Sequence record: PZ445534.1
From: a phage
Direction: 5' to 3' (one strand)
DNA: 64,000 bases
Within the stretch, counting starts at the first letter, position 1, and each line of letters opens with the position of its first letter. Position numbers and translations under genes: made by a program. Shown here piece by piece: positions 1 to 8,705 of the stretch. A model generated the notes under the pieces. It was not told the origin of the DNA, made no database searches, and worked only from the letters and a program-made list of their open reading frames with translations.

Positions 1-4
1 TATT

Positions 5-571
5 GTGACGTGGTTTAACAGTAATGTTAACCCTAATACAGCACTGCCTGGTCTAACTTGGACGTATCTGAACAATGGTGTTGGTAGAACTATCAGAATT
101 GCAGCAGCAAACGGTTCAGATGTTGCTACAACTGGTGGTTCAGACTCTGTGACGTTAGCTGTTGGGAACTTGCCTTCACACACTCACAGTTTTTCTGCGA
201 CTACCTCATCGTTTGACTACGGAACAAAAAACACTAACACGACTGGTGCTCACACACACTCTGTAAGTGGCTCTACTTCATCTGCTGGTAACCACAACCA
301 TTCCATTTCGTGGATTGGTCAGAACTCTACACACTACTCTGGTGGTGGTGGTGGTAAAATCGGTACAGGTCCGGGTTACACTGATGCTGCTGGTGCGCAC
401 ACCCACTCTGTAAGTGGTACTGCTGGTTCTGCTGGTAACCACGCTCACAGTGTTGGTATTGGTGCTCACAGTCATACAGTTAGTGGTAACACTGGTGGTA
501 CAGGTTCTGGTTCCGCATTTAGTGTTACTAACCAGTTCTATAAGTTAATGGCTTGGGTAAGAACTGCTTAA
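5..571 (+). CDS. tail fibre-like protein, C-terminal fragment (5' end probably outside window)
   Basis: Gly/Ser/Thr-rich ORF with repeated G-x-H-x-H-S motifs ([30 protein letters not shown]) like His-rich distal tail fibre tips; ORF runs to window edge. Confidence 0.4.
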   Translation: MTWFNSNVNPNTALPGLTWTYLNNGVGRTIRIAAANGSDVATTGGSDSVTLAVGNLPSHTHSFSATTSSFDYGTKNTNTTGAHTHSVSGSTSSAGNHNHSISWIGQNSTHYSGGGGGKIGTGPGYTDAAGAHTHSVSGTAGSAGNHAHSVGIGAHSHTVSGNTGGTGSGSAFSVTNQFYKLMAWVRTA

Positions 572-650
572 TCCCTTGTTGACTGATTGTTAAGATGGTG
601 TTAATATTCTTTATGGGTATTCTCACCATCTTGGCTGATGAGGTGATTAA

Positions 651-848
651 ATGCCTACAATCCTAGCAATTCTTCTAAAAAATCTAGGTAGCTTCTTCTG
701 GAAACTCATTTTATCCCTTCTAAGTGAATACATGATTGAGAAAGTGTTCTTTAAGCTTGCAAGATACCTTGCGAGTAAAACAGACACACCTATTGATGAT
801 GAGTTCGTAGATAACTTAGAAAAAGCTTTTAAGGGGGAGAATAAATGA
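651..848 (+). CDS. hypothetical small hydrophobic protein
   Basis: 65-aa ORF with hydrophobic N-terminus; no recognisable motif. Confidence 0.3.
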   Translation: MPTILAILLKNLGSFFWKLILSLLSEYMIEKVFFKLARYLASKTDTPIDDEFVDNLEKAFKGENK

Positions 849-1216
849 AGTGGCTAGAGGAAGCTTTTAAAAACAATATTGGTGCAATTGTTGTTGGTAT
901 TTTTAGTGTTATTGGGATGTATACCACTATGCAAGTTTCAAGTGGTAAGCAAGAAGTGTCTGTCACAACAAAGTTACAGCAGCTAGATAATTATTCCAAA
1001 AGTAACTATTCAGCTATTCGTGATTTACAGTCTGACATGAGACTGATTCAGCTAGGGATGGAGAACCAGAAAGTTCAGTTAGAGAATGTTAAGGGTGAAA
1101 ACGCAAAACTCACCAAAACTCTTGATAAATTCTCTGACAGTGTGAACAATCTGGCTCAATCAGTATCAGCCCTCCAAGCTATTACTGAAAAGAACACAAA
1201 GAATACTGAAAAATAA
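845..1216 (+). CDS. hypothetical membrane-anchored coiled-coil protein
   Basis: N-terminal TM-like segment IGAIVVGIFSVIGMY followed by heptad-like region; start overlaps previous stop. Confidence 0.3.
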   Translation: MKWLEEAFKNNIGAIVVGIFSVIGMYTTMQVSSGKQEVSVTTKLQQLDNYSKSNYSAIRDLQSDMRLIQLGMENQKVQLENVKGENAKLTKTLDKFSDSVNNLAQSVSALQAITEKNTKNTEK

Positions 1217-1222
1217 AGTTTA

Positions 1223-1248
1223 AGGCTCCTTTTTACGGGAGCCTTTTT
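1223..1248 (+). terminator. rho-independent terminator (hairpin GGCTCC/GGAGCC plus T-run), between convergent genes
   Basis: GC stem followed by TTTTTT at 1243-1248. Confidence 0.6.
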
Positions 1249-1252
1249 TGTT

Positions 1253-2152
1253 TTACTTACCTACTGACAAAGGTGCTTCAATCTTTCCTGCATGTTGGTA
1301 GTTGCTAATACCACCAATAAAATCACTTGCGGTAAGGTGTTTTAGGTCACTTAGTGTGTTAAGCTGCACACCAATCTCAAAAGTAGGTGCATGGAACTCT
1401 TTATTGTTCATCAGTTCATAAACCTGCTTCATATGGTTCTGATAAATCTGAGTATCTCCAAAGACACCTATCAAGTATCGTGGAGTATACCCAGTCATCT
1501 TGCAAAGAACTTCCAGAATAAAGCCATAGGATGCAATGTTAAACGGAAGTCCTAAAAAGGTGTCTACAGAACGTTGATACCATTGTAAATCAACTTCACC
1601 CTCATTAGTAATGTAAATCTGAAACAGAACATGACAAGGTGCTAAAGCCATCGAGTTGGCTGCAATATCTGCTGCATTCCAAGCATTAACAAGCATGTAA
1701 CGGTCTGTGATATCACCTTTCATCTTCGTTACTAAGGTCTCTAACTGGTCTACAACACAACCATTATGACCTTCAAAGTTTCTCCACTGAACCCCGTAGA
1801 TTCTTCCACCTGCATCTTCTAACCAGTCTTGCTCAGAGGAATAGCTAGAGCTTAACCAGCGTTTAAAATCATCTGACCAGATAGTCCAACGTTCCCCATC
1901 ATTTTCACCCCAAGTACGGTAACGGAGTTCACCAAGTTTATTCTCACCGTTCAGGAACCATAAAGCTTCCCCAATAACTTGCCGTGTAAACACCTGTTTA
2001 GATGTTAAGAGTGGGAAACCAGTACGCATATCAAAACGAAATTTTGGTGGAGCAAAAGCAGAGATAACATCTCCAGTTCGTGTAGTACGCAGTTCACCAA
2101 CTGATAAAACATGGTTCAGGATATTTTTGTAGCTTGTATCTGCTTGTGACAT
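1253..2152 (-). CDS. thyA: thymidylate synthase
   Basis: ThyA-like sequence including active-site Cys motif APCHVLFQ and overall length about 300 aa. Confidence 0.9.
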   Translation of the reverse strand: MSQADTSYKNILNHVLSVGELRTTRTGDVISAFAPPKFRFDMRTGFPLLTSKQVFTRQVIGEALWFLNGENKLGELRYRTWGENDGERWTIWSDDFKRWLSSSYSSEQDWLEDAGGRIYGVQWRNFEGHNGCVVDQLETLVTKMKGDITDRYMLVNAWNAADIAANSMALAPCHVLFQIYITNEGEVDLQWYQRSVDTFLGLPFNIASYGFILEVLCKMTGYTPRYLIGVFGDTQIYQNHMKQVYELMNNKEFHAPTFEIGVQLNTLSDLKHLTASDFIGGISNYQHAGKIEAPLSVGK

Positions 2153-2153
2153 A

Positions 2154-2699
2154 TTAAAAGTGCCCTTTTACTTGTGGAACATAAATTTCAAAGGTTGCTT
2201 TACCATCCTCTGATGGTTTTGACTGTACCTTTGTAAATACACGGTTATCATACAGCTTCTCAAAGAAGTTTTCAAAAGGTAAATGCACAGTGGCCTCTTC
2301 AGTAACTTTATGGAAAACAGTATGGAACACCACACTAGCATATGGTAAAGCGTTGACAAGGATACCTGCACCACCAATTACAAAGATATCTTCATCAATA
2401 GAGCTATCAAGATACTTCAAAAATGCTCCAAATGACTCTTTACTGGCTTTAGCATACATTACATCATCTTTGCCAAAGTCTATGCCTAAGTATGGTACAG
2501 AATTTGTTAAGATGAGGTTTGCACGTTCTGGTAAAGGTTTACTACCCAGAGTCTTAAAAGTCTCATTACCCATGACTACTAAGTTATTTTTAGTGAGTCT
2601 CTTAAACTCTTGCATGTCCTGTTTATGTCGAGGCCACGGCATACCAGTCGGTGTACCAAATTCACCGTTTTCACCACTTGCAAATATTAGTTTAATCAT
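2154..2699 (-). CDS. folA: dihydrofolate reductase
   Basis: DHFR-like N-terminus MIKLIFA...GMPWPRHKQDMQEFKRLT...NLVVMGNETFKTLG; adjacent to thyA. Confidence 0.85.
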   Translation of the reverse strand: MIKLIFASGENGEFGTPTGMPWPRHKQDMQEFKRLTKNNLVVMGNETFKTLGSKPLPERANLILTNSVPYLGIDFGKDDVMYAKASKESFGAFLKYLDSSIDEDIFVIGGAGILVNALPYASVVFHTVFHKVTEEATVHLPFENFFEKLYDNRVFTKVQSKPSEDGKATFEIYVPQVKGHF

Positions 2700-2956
2700 T
2701 TTGTAAACCCTTTCTTAATGAACCAGTTGATGACACTCTTCACAAATTTACTACGATGGTAGATAAAATGTGGAGAGGGTTGGTATGAACCATAAGCCCA
2801 GAAAGCGATAATTTCATTACACCCTGTGCATCGGGTACTTTCTTCAGCAATATGACCGTTGACTATTTCATTTACCTCACCTTGTAAGTCTGTACACCCA
2901 CAATGTGGACAACGGATAGGTGTTCCATCAGACTCATAGCAGTGTTCAATTTTCAT
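2696..2956 (-). CDS. small zinc-ribbon protein
   Basis: CPHCGC ... CTGCN paired CxxC motifs in 86-aa ORF. Confidence 0.4.
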   Translation of the reverse strand: MKIEHCYESDGTPIRCPHCGCTDLQGEVNEIVNGHIAEESTRCTGCNEIIAFWAYGSYQPSPHFIYHRSKFVKSVINWFIKKGFTK

Positions 2957-3472
2957 CTATTTAACCTCAAAAACTGGCTCAAGAACCAATATAAAGTCTA
3001 CACAGTCATCTTCTTCATCCAGAACACCATCAAAGTTCTTAGGAACGAAGTCGAAGAGGCTCATAACAAAACAGTCAGAAGTGACCCTGATAGTTCCTCC
3101 CATGTTCTCTACAGTTAACACTGTACGACTTTCTTTTACCTCCCTCAGAAGATTACCCACAAAGTCATCCAAGAAGTGCTTCATCAGTGACTTAAAACCT
3201 TTAGGGTAATCTGTACCAGAGTATGTTTCAATCTGGGGAACAAGCTTAACATTTATACTAGTCTTTGTTAAGAATGTATTAGAGAACATACTATCAGGTA
3301 ACTTACAAACAGTCTTTCCAGTACCTTCATGTTCAATCTCAACAAAACCAGCTTCATCGCCACATGTAACTATTTTAAAAGATGCTTCATTCTCATACTG
3401 TGAAGCCATAAACTTTTTAAGCATCACTTTAAGGAAGTCTGCATGAGCATCTTGTAAGAAGATATCAATCAT
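2957..3472 (-). CDS. hypothetical protein
   Basis: 171-aa ORF in operon-like arrangement, no motif recognised. Confidence 0.35.
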   Translation of the reverse strand: MIDIFLQDAHADFLKVMLKKFMASQYENEASFKIVTCGDEAGFVEIEHEGTGKTVCKLPDSMFSNTFLTKTSINVKLVPQIETYSGTDYPKGFKSLMKHFLDDFVGNLLREVKESRTVLTVENMGGTIRVTSDCFVMSLFDFVPKNFDGVLDEEDDCVDFILVLEPVFEVK

Positions 3473-3485
3473 AGTTAATCACCTA

Positions 3486-3845
3486 TTATGGGAACAAGCA
3501 CTTAATGTCATCGTTTTTGAAAACAAAACTTGTGTAGTTATGACCATCAACATCCAGCCAAACAGCCTGAACATCTACACCATCAAGATTCTGGTAAAGT
3601 TCTTTGATGAAGTGGTCTTTCACAATCTGACTGCTAGTTGTTTCCAGCTTAATGTTCGAGATTGCTGAACCTACAGCCATATAGCCCATGACACGTTTCT
3701 TCTCAGTATGCTTAATCTTACCATCTTTGTAAGCCATAATGAGATTGGAAAGAATCTTTACACCATAATACTTTTCAAGGTGAGTAGGTACACCATAAAA
3801 GCCTAATGCGAAGTTTTCAGAGTGGATAATGTTTTCACGTTTCAT
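3486..3845 (-). CDS. hypothetical protein
   Basis: 119-aa ORF, no motif recognised. Confidence 0.35.
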   Translation of the reverse strand: MKRENIIHSENFALGFYGVPTHLEKYYGVKILSNLIMAYKDGKIKHTEKKRVMGYMAVGSAISNIKLETTSSQIVKDHFIKELYQNLDGVDVQAVWLDVDGHNYTSFVFKNDDIKCLFP

Positions 3846-3846
3846 A

Positions 3847-4176
3847 TTAATCTGCCAGCCTTAAATTAAAATTAACACCAAATTTTTCGCATACTTCCAA
3901 CATATACTCAAGCGAGACATTACCAGTGAGGTGGACTATGTTGGATACACGAGCTTGAGAGATACCACAAATTTTAGCAACTTGCTCTTGAGAAAGACCT
4001 CTGGATTTAATCTCTCTCTTAAAACGATGTGCAACGAAATCTCTCATTTCGTCTACATCCATTGGACAAATATAACTCTCCATTTCAGCCTCTCTGTCAG
4101 CCTCCCAATCATCTTGTGGAGCATAAGGGTCAAAAACCTCATTCATCTTTCTTCTTCCGTTTGCGTGAAGTGTCAA
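3847..4176 (-). CDS. helix-turn-helix DNA-binding protein (XRE-like)
   Basis: C-terminal segment LSQEQVAKICGISQARVSNIV resembles XRE-family HTH. Confidence 0.5.
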   Translation of the reverse strand: MTLHANGRRKMNEVFDPYAPQDDWEADREAEMESYICPMDVDEMRDFVAHRFKREIKSRGLSQEQVAKICGISQARVSNIVHLTGNVSLEYMLEVCEKFGVNFNLRLAD

Positions 4177-4352
4177 TCAATGAATCTATGTTTGTAGCCC
4201 TAACCTTTTCACGTTCATCATTAAGATAATCGTCAAGAGCCTTTTCAATCTGTGAATCATCTTGACAGATAACTGTAAAGACTGTAAAGCCATCTGTATC
4301 GTCAATTATCTTGCCATAACCACTTCTGGGATGTAACTTTTTAAGAGCCATA

Positions 4353-4736
4353 TCAAATACCTGTGCAGCTTCTGTTTTCTAAGAAATACTCAACACCATA
4401 CATAGCTTTTTGCATCAAATCCTCTTTAAACTGGATACGATGATTTAGCATAGCCTGTACATCAATATTATCAGGGTGCTTCTCTTTAATGTTTGCAGAT
4501 TGCAAGAAATACTCTGCAAGAACACGATACTGATAGTCAGTTACTTTATCAGTCATCTCTGTTAAAGACTCTTCAGAGATTGGTTTAAGTAACTCACCAT
4601 TAGCCAGAGCAACACCTTTAACAATCTGACAAGTATCTTCTGGAACACCTGATAAGTCCACATTTGGGAGTTCTGTTGCATTGACTGGTAAATTCATTGC
4701 CATAACCATTGCAGCAGCTAATAAAATCTTTTTCAT
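4353..4736 (-). CDS. secreted/periplasmic hypothetical protein
   Basis: N-terminal signal peptide MKKILLAAAMVMAMNLPVNA. Confidence 0.4.
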   Translation of the reverse strand: MKKILLAAAMVMAMNLPVNATELPNVDLSGVPEDTCQIVKGVALANGELLKPISEESLTEMTDKVTDYQYRVLAEYFLQSANIKEKHPDNIDVQAMLNHRIQFKEDLMQKAMYGVEYFLENRSCTGI

Positions 4737-5169
4737 AATGACCTCAAAGTTATATTAAATTTTGTATTACATTGAGTATAAAAATAAGCTATAATACCTG
4801 ACTTGTCAACAGATTTTATAGCTTATTTGGCAGATTTTTTATAAGGCTACTGCCATCCTTCCATACCAGACCACACCATGCCAAACCAGACTTCACATCA
4901 CCTTACCGTGCAATACATTACTTAAAAACCCTCTTAAAAGGGTCTTAAGTGATGCTGGTGAGTACCCGTTGGTTTATGCTGCTCAGTATACTCACCAAAT
5001 TTTCTATGTCAACAACTTTTTATATAAAAGTCCTGATAGCTATATGTGTTACAAAACAGAAGATTGTGAACAAGACACCCATTGCAAAGGATGTGTTCAA
5101 AAGCTTACTTGTGATGTAAGACAACACAAAGATAACTAATGCAAATAGTATGATTATGCTTAGCATAGT

Positions 5170-6273
5170 TTACTCATAATCCCTAATAACTAGCCCGACA
5201 GGGAACTGTAAAGAACCCTTACGAGTCATCTTCTGGAACTGAACCGTTAGAGGCTTCCCGATAAACTCTTCAGGATGCTCAGCAAGATACTGTTTCTTCT
5301 CATGAGTAGTCTTCCATGAGACATCTACAAAGACGTTAGGAAGAGTCTCTACAACGAACTTACCATGACCACGTTTATCAGTCTTTACACCAGTAACTTT
5401 AAACTCTTCAGTGTGCATCTTCTTGTGCTTAATCAAGAAGTATGAACGGTGACCACACTCATAGAAAGATTCTTCAGAGATTGAACGGTACATTGCACCT
5501 TCAAACTTAGCTTCAACCCACTTATCATGAGCTTCATCAAATTCTTCCCAAGAATTTACACGACGAGACTTAACAGGAACAACTTTACAGCCATCTCTAA
5601 AGTCATTCAATGGTGAAGTCTCAATAATATCTCTACGCTCAGGCCACGTCTTAGTGCTGTCACAGATATCGTACCAGTAAAACTTGAGTAAATGTCGGTC
5701 AGGATTGTCTTCATTTTTAATCATGGAGACAATATCTTCTAAGTCCCACCCATGAGCATAAATCTCACCATCAAATTCATCAACATCTTTATGGAGCCTC
5801 AACATTGCCATAATGTCAGGTATTAGCTCAGTAGGAATTTTATAAATAGTGTTCTCACGAGAATATGCTGTAAATACACTGCCAATACTCAAGTGTCTTG
5901 AAATTCTACAACGGACACCATCAAGTTTTGGTTGAGCATCAGCAGGGAACTTCAGATACTTTGCATGGCTAACCTTTGCAGCATCATGAGCAAGCTGTAC
6001 ACCTACCTTCTCAGTATTCTGTGCAGACTCTTTTGTGTAAGCATAACCTTTGCGGTCTACTTGCTTTTTATACTTAGCAGCAACTTCAAAGAGAGCTTGC
6101 TGTTCAGCATTACGCTCATTCTTTTTACCGATGTTCTTAGGCTCTGCTGTGTACTCTTCAAACATCATCTTGCCATTTTCTTTACCATAGGTTGTAATAA
6201 CTTTGTTACCTATAGCACCGCATGACCAGATGTTGAAGGAACCGTCTTTATTTTGTTTGTATAGTGTTGTCAT
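5170..6273 (-). CDS. ATP-dependent DNA ligase (nucleotidyltransferase, T7 gp1.3-like size)
   Basis: Motif I lysine in PKLDGVRCRI (KxDGxR) within a 367-aa ORF; could alternatively be an RNA ligase. Confidence 0.6.
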   Translation of the reverse strand: MTTLYKQNKDGSFNIWSCGAIGNKVITTYGKENGKMMFEEYTAEPKNIGKKNERNAEQQALFEVAAKYKKQVDRKGYAYTKESAQNTEKVGVQLAHDAAKVSHAKYLKFPADAQPKLDGVRCRISRHLSIGSVFTAYSRENTIYKIPTELIPDIMAMLRLHKDVDEFDGEIYAHGWDLEDIVSMIKNEDNPDRHLLKFYWYDICDSTKTWPERRDIIETSPLNDFRDGCKVVPVKSRRVNSWEEFDEAHDKWVEAKFEGAMYRSISEESFYECGHRSYFLIKHKKMHTEEFKVTGVKTDKRGHGKFVVETLPNVFVDVSWKTTHEKKQYLAEHPEEFIGKPLTVQFQKMTRKGSLQFPVGLVIRDYE

Positions 6274-6575
6274 TTTCTCTTACCACCAATCTCTACGTCG
6301 ATAACCTGAACATCACCAGCAACATCAAACTTATGAATGATGCTTTCCACAGTGTAAGTCCAACCATCAATGCGAACCAACTCACCTTCTCGTGGGACGA
6401 TTGGATTACGTTGAGCTATGGTTGTAGTGGAGTGAACAACATCATAACGATAGATATAGTTTACTAATACTTCCATCGTGAAAACCTCACTCAATAACCG
6501 TAGTATGTGATTGACCATTTTTGCCATAGCTATAAGATGTTGTTGTTTGAGAGTTTGGGCATCTGACAACAACAA
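6270..6575 (-). CDS. hypothetical protein
   Basis: 101-aa ORF; 5' part overlaps the lipoprotein ORF so true start may be internal. Confidence 0.3.
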   Translation of the reverse strand: MLLSDAQTLKQQHLIAMAKMVNHILRLLSEVFTMEVLVNYIYRYDVVHSTTTIAQRNPIVPREGELVRIDGWTYTVESIIHKFDVAGDVQVIDVEIGGKRK

Positions 6576-6744
6576 TATCTCTGCTTATAGCATCACCATT
6601 GAGTTTGTAGATTTTGCAGTCTTGCATCTCTGGAGGGAGGCTGTAAGAAGCATCTTTGTTTTCATAAGATGGGTTGCAGCCAGCCAGAAAAATTACTCCA
6701 AGTGCAACCATTGCTTTCACACAACTCTTAACCTTATTGTTCAC
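6487..6744 (-). CDS. putative lipoprotein
   Basis: Signal peptide with lipobox FLAGC. Confidence 0.4.
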   Translation of the reverse strand: MNNKVKSCVKAMVALGVIFLAGCNPSYENKDASYSLPPEMQDCKIYKLNGDAISRDIVVVRCPNSQTTTSYSYGKNGQSHTTVIE

Positions 6745-6876
6745 GATAGTCTACCTCTCTGTATGTTTTTAAATAGTGAGTGATGAGTTCTGGTAATTCA
6801 CTACGTTTAACGTTTGAACGAAGAAGTGTCCAGTCAAAACCCTTACCAACCCTTCCCCAGAGACTGTACATTTTCT

Positions 6877-7110
6877 TCATAGCAACTCCAGAATATCAAT
6901 ACGTTCGCCTTTGAGTACTCCAGTACGGTCTTTTGCAATCTTACCGTCAACGATAAGGATGTGTGTAGACCTTAAAGCGTCGTTGTTAAAGGTTTTTACG
7001 AACTTGCTAGGCATGACTACAATGGACATCTCCTGAATTAACTCTGGAGTGTAGCAGTTATCATGAAGTTGCTGAATAACGTCTGCAAGTGTCATTTTTG
7101 ATGTCTCCAA
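6877..7110 (-). CDS. hypothetical protein
   Basis: 77-aa ORF. Confidence 0.3.
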   Translation of the reverse strand: METSKMTLADVIQQLHDNCYTPELIQEMSIVVMPSKFVKTFNNDALRSTHILIVDGKIAKDRTGVLKGERIDILELL

Positions 7111-7301
7111 TATTCAATATCTACAAGTTCTTGTGCAATGCTTTTCAGATTACCTTTCAAGAAAACCTTCTCAGAACCTGAAAGAGATGAATTGTCAATT
7201 AACCTGTTCATTCTCTCAAACAACTTCTGCTTACGATTTTTGATAGTCTCCTTTGAAGCACCTTTCATCATCGCTGCATGGGTTCTTCCACGATGGCTCA
7301 T
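7092..7301 (-). CDS. hypothetical protein
   Basis: 69-aa ORF. Confidence 0.3.
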   Translation of the reverse strand: MSHRGRTHAAMMKGASKETIKNRKQKLFERMNRLIDNSSLSGSEKVFLKGNLKSIAQELVDIEYWRHQK

Positions 7302-7352
7302 AAGCCCTCCTATATAAGATATAGTATAAGGTACTCTTCCATGAGCACCTTG

Positions 7353-7886
7353 TCAACTTAGTTTTGCAAACTCTCCGTGGAGTTTAATAGCAGCTTCACA
7401 GTAAGCTTTATGGGCTTCTTCAGGTGTGTCATGGTGACCTAAAAACATCTTCTTACCTTTATAACTTATCTGTGCGACCCACTTACCAGACTTCTTCTTA
7501 AGACTTACACCCTTGTACCCAGATTTATTGGTGACCGGTTTACCTTTATTCCAAGCACTTTGAAAATCATCTGCTTCCCTTAAGTTTACAATCCTGTTGT
7601 CAAGTGAGTCTCCGTTGATATGGTCAATGATACCTTTTGGCATCTTGCCATACACGTAAAGCCATGCGAGTCTGTGTGCTTTATGTGCTTTCTTGTCAAA
7701 ATAGATACTAACCTGTTTATGACCACTTGAATCAGTCTGGATATTACCTGCCACCTTTCCTGCATAATTACTGTTAAAAACACTAACAGCTCTTGATTTA
7801 CCTTCTCTACGAAGCCAAGTAAAGACCCCTGTTTCGGGGTCATAGTGCAGCAGCTCCTTTAAACGTTTTTGTAAAATTAAATCCAT
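7353..7886 (-). CDS. HNH homing endonuclease with AP2-like DNA-binding domain
   Basis: HNH_3-like core DHINGDSLDNRIVNLR and AP2-like SGYKGVS...GKWVAQI...EEAHKAY; N-terminus LHYDPETGVFTW shared with ORF 17725-18240. Confidence 0.7.
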   Translation of the reverse strand: MDLILQKRLKELLHYDPETGVFTWLRREGKSRAVSVFNSNYAGKVAGNIQTDSSGHKQVSIYFDKKAHKAHRLAWLYVYGKMPKGIIDHINGDSLDNRIVNLREADDFQSAWNKGKPVTNKSGYKGVSLKKKSGKWVAQISYKGKKMFLGHHDTPEEAHKAYCEAAIKLHGEFAKLS

Positions 7887-7889
7887 TAA

Positions 7890-8444
7890 TCAATGTACCT
7901 CATACCAGCTCTTACCAACCTTTGCTGTACCAGTTACAAGTGTTTCTTTCCTCAAACCTAAGTTTTTTGAAGCTTGTCCATACATCCAGTCAGCAATTGC
8001 TTTCATATCATGTGTCATACCCTCTGGACATTCCCAACTATTTTCATCGTGATATGCCAGAAGTAACCTTGCTCCGATAGCTGGTTTTCGAGCATTCAGT
8101 TTTGTCAGGCCATCTTCACAGGCTTTTCTTGCTGCTAGGTTGATGGCCTCATTCTGAATCTGTGCTTCCGAACTCATCAGGAGGTAGTTCAGTAGTTTAT
8201 GTGGAGATTTGCACCATATCCATGCTCCAGCGACCCTGATATAACCACCTTTAGCAATTGAAGAATTCTTCCCAAAAACCTCTTCCAGAGCCTTTTTAGA
8301 CGCCTTAAAATCGGCTTCTAAGCTATCAAGTAACTTCTTAATCTTTGGCAGACGCATATAGTAAGTTTGTTTAGTCAATGCACCTTCTTCCGTAGATGAT
8401 GCCTTGATAGTTTTTGCAAACTTCTCGTCTCCAGCCCCGAACAA
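7890..8444 (-). CDS. DNA polymerase (family A), downstream exon/fragment (motif B second half to motif C)
   Basis: FGAGDEK, KSPHKLLNYLL and AYHDENSWEC align with T7 gp5 YGAGDEK, RSPHAALNTLL, AWVHDEIQVGC; ORF track start is a TTG preceded by stop, no good RBS. Confidence 0.75.
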   Translation of the reverse strand: MFGAGDEKFAKTIKASSTEEGALTKQTYYMRLPKIKKLLDSLEADFKASKKALEEVFGKNSSIAKGGYIRVAGAWIWCKSPHKLLNYLLMSSEAQIQNEAINLAARKACEDGLTKLNARKPAIGARLLLAYHDENSWECPEGMTHDMKAIADWMYGQASKNLGLRKETLVTGTAKVGKSWYEVH

Positions 8445-8705
8445 TACATCTGGTCAATACACTCGCAAGGTGTACCAGTTCTCTTATGAACTTCTCCGCA
8501 TTTCTACGGAGTGTCGGACTATATCACGTAGCAGTGGTGCTACCGTTGCACTTGGGATGGTCATTAGCTTACCACCCTACTCTACTCAGTTCATACGTTA
8601 AGTATGCTTTTCGATAGTCTCTGAACGTTCCTCTTAAGAGGCTTCGCTGCTGATTACCATATCTTTACAGACTTAGGCTTCCAGCAATTCACAACGTTTT
8701 ACATG
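8445..8705 (-). ncRNA. putative ORF-less group I intron interrupting DNA polymerase motif B
   Basis: Intervening sequence with stop codons; coding strand has R-like GTTCAGAGACTA and S-like GATATAGTCC elements, ends in G; exact splice sites not resolved. Confidence 0.6.

Noticed and set aside
8445-8705. Intein in the DNA polymerase
   Set aside because: The insert contains in-frame stop codons and is only about 250 nt, so it cannot be a protein-level intein; RNA-level splicing or a genuinely split gene are the alternatives.
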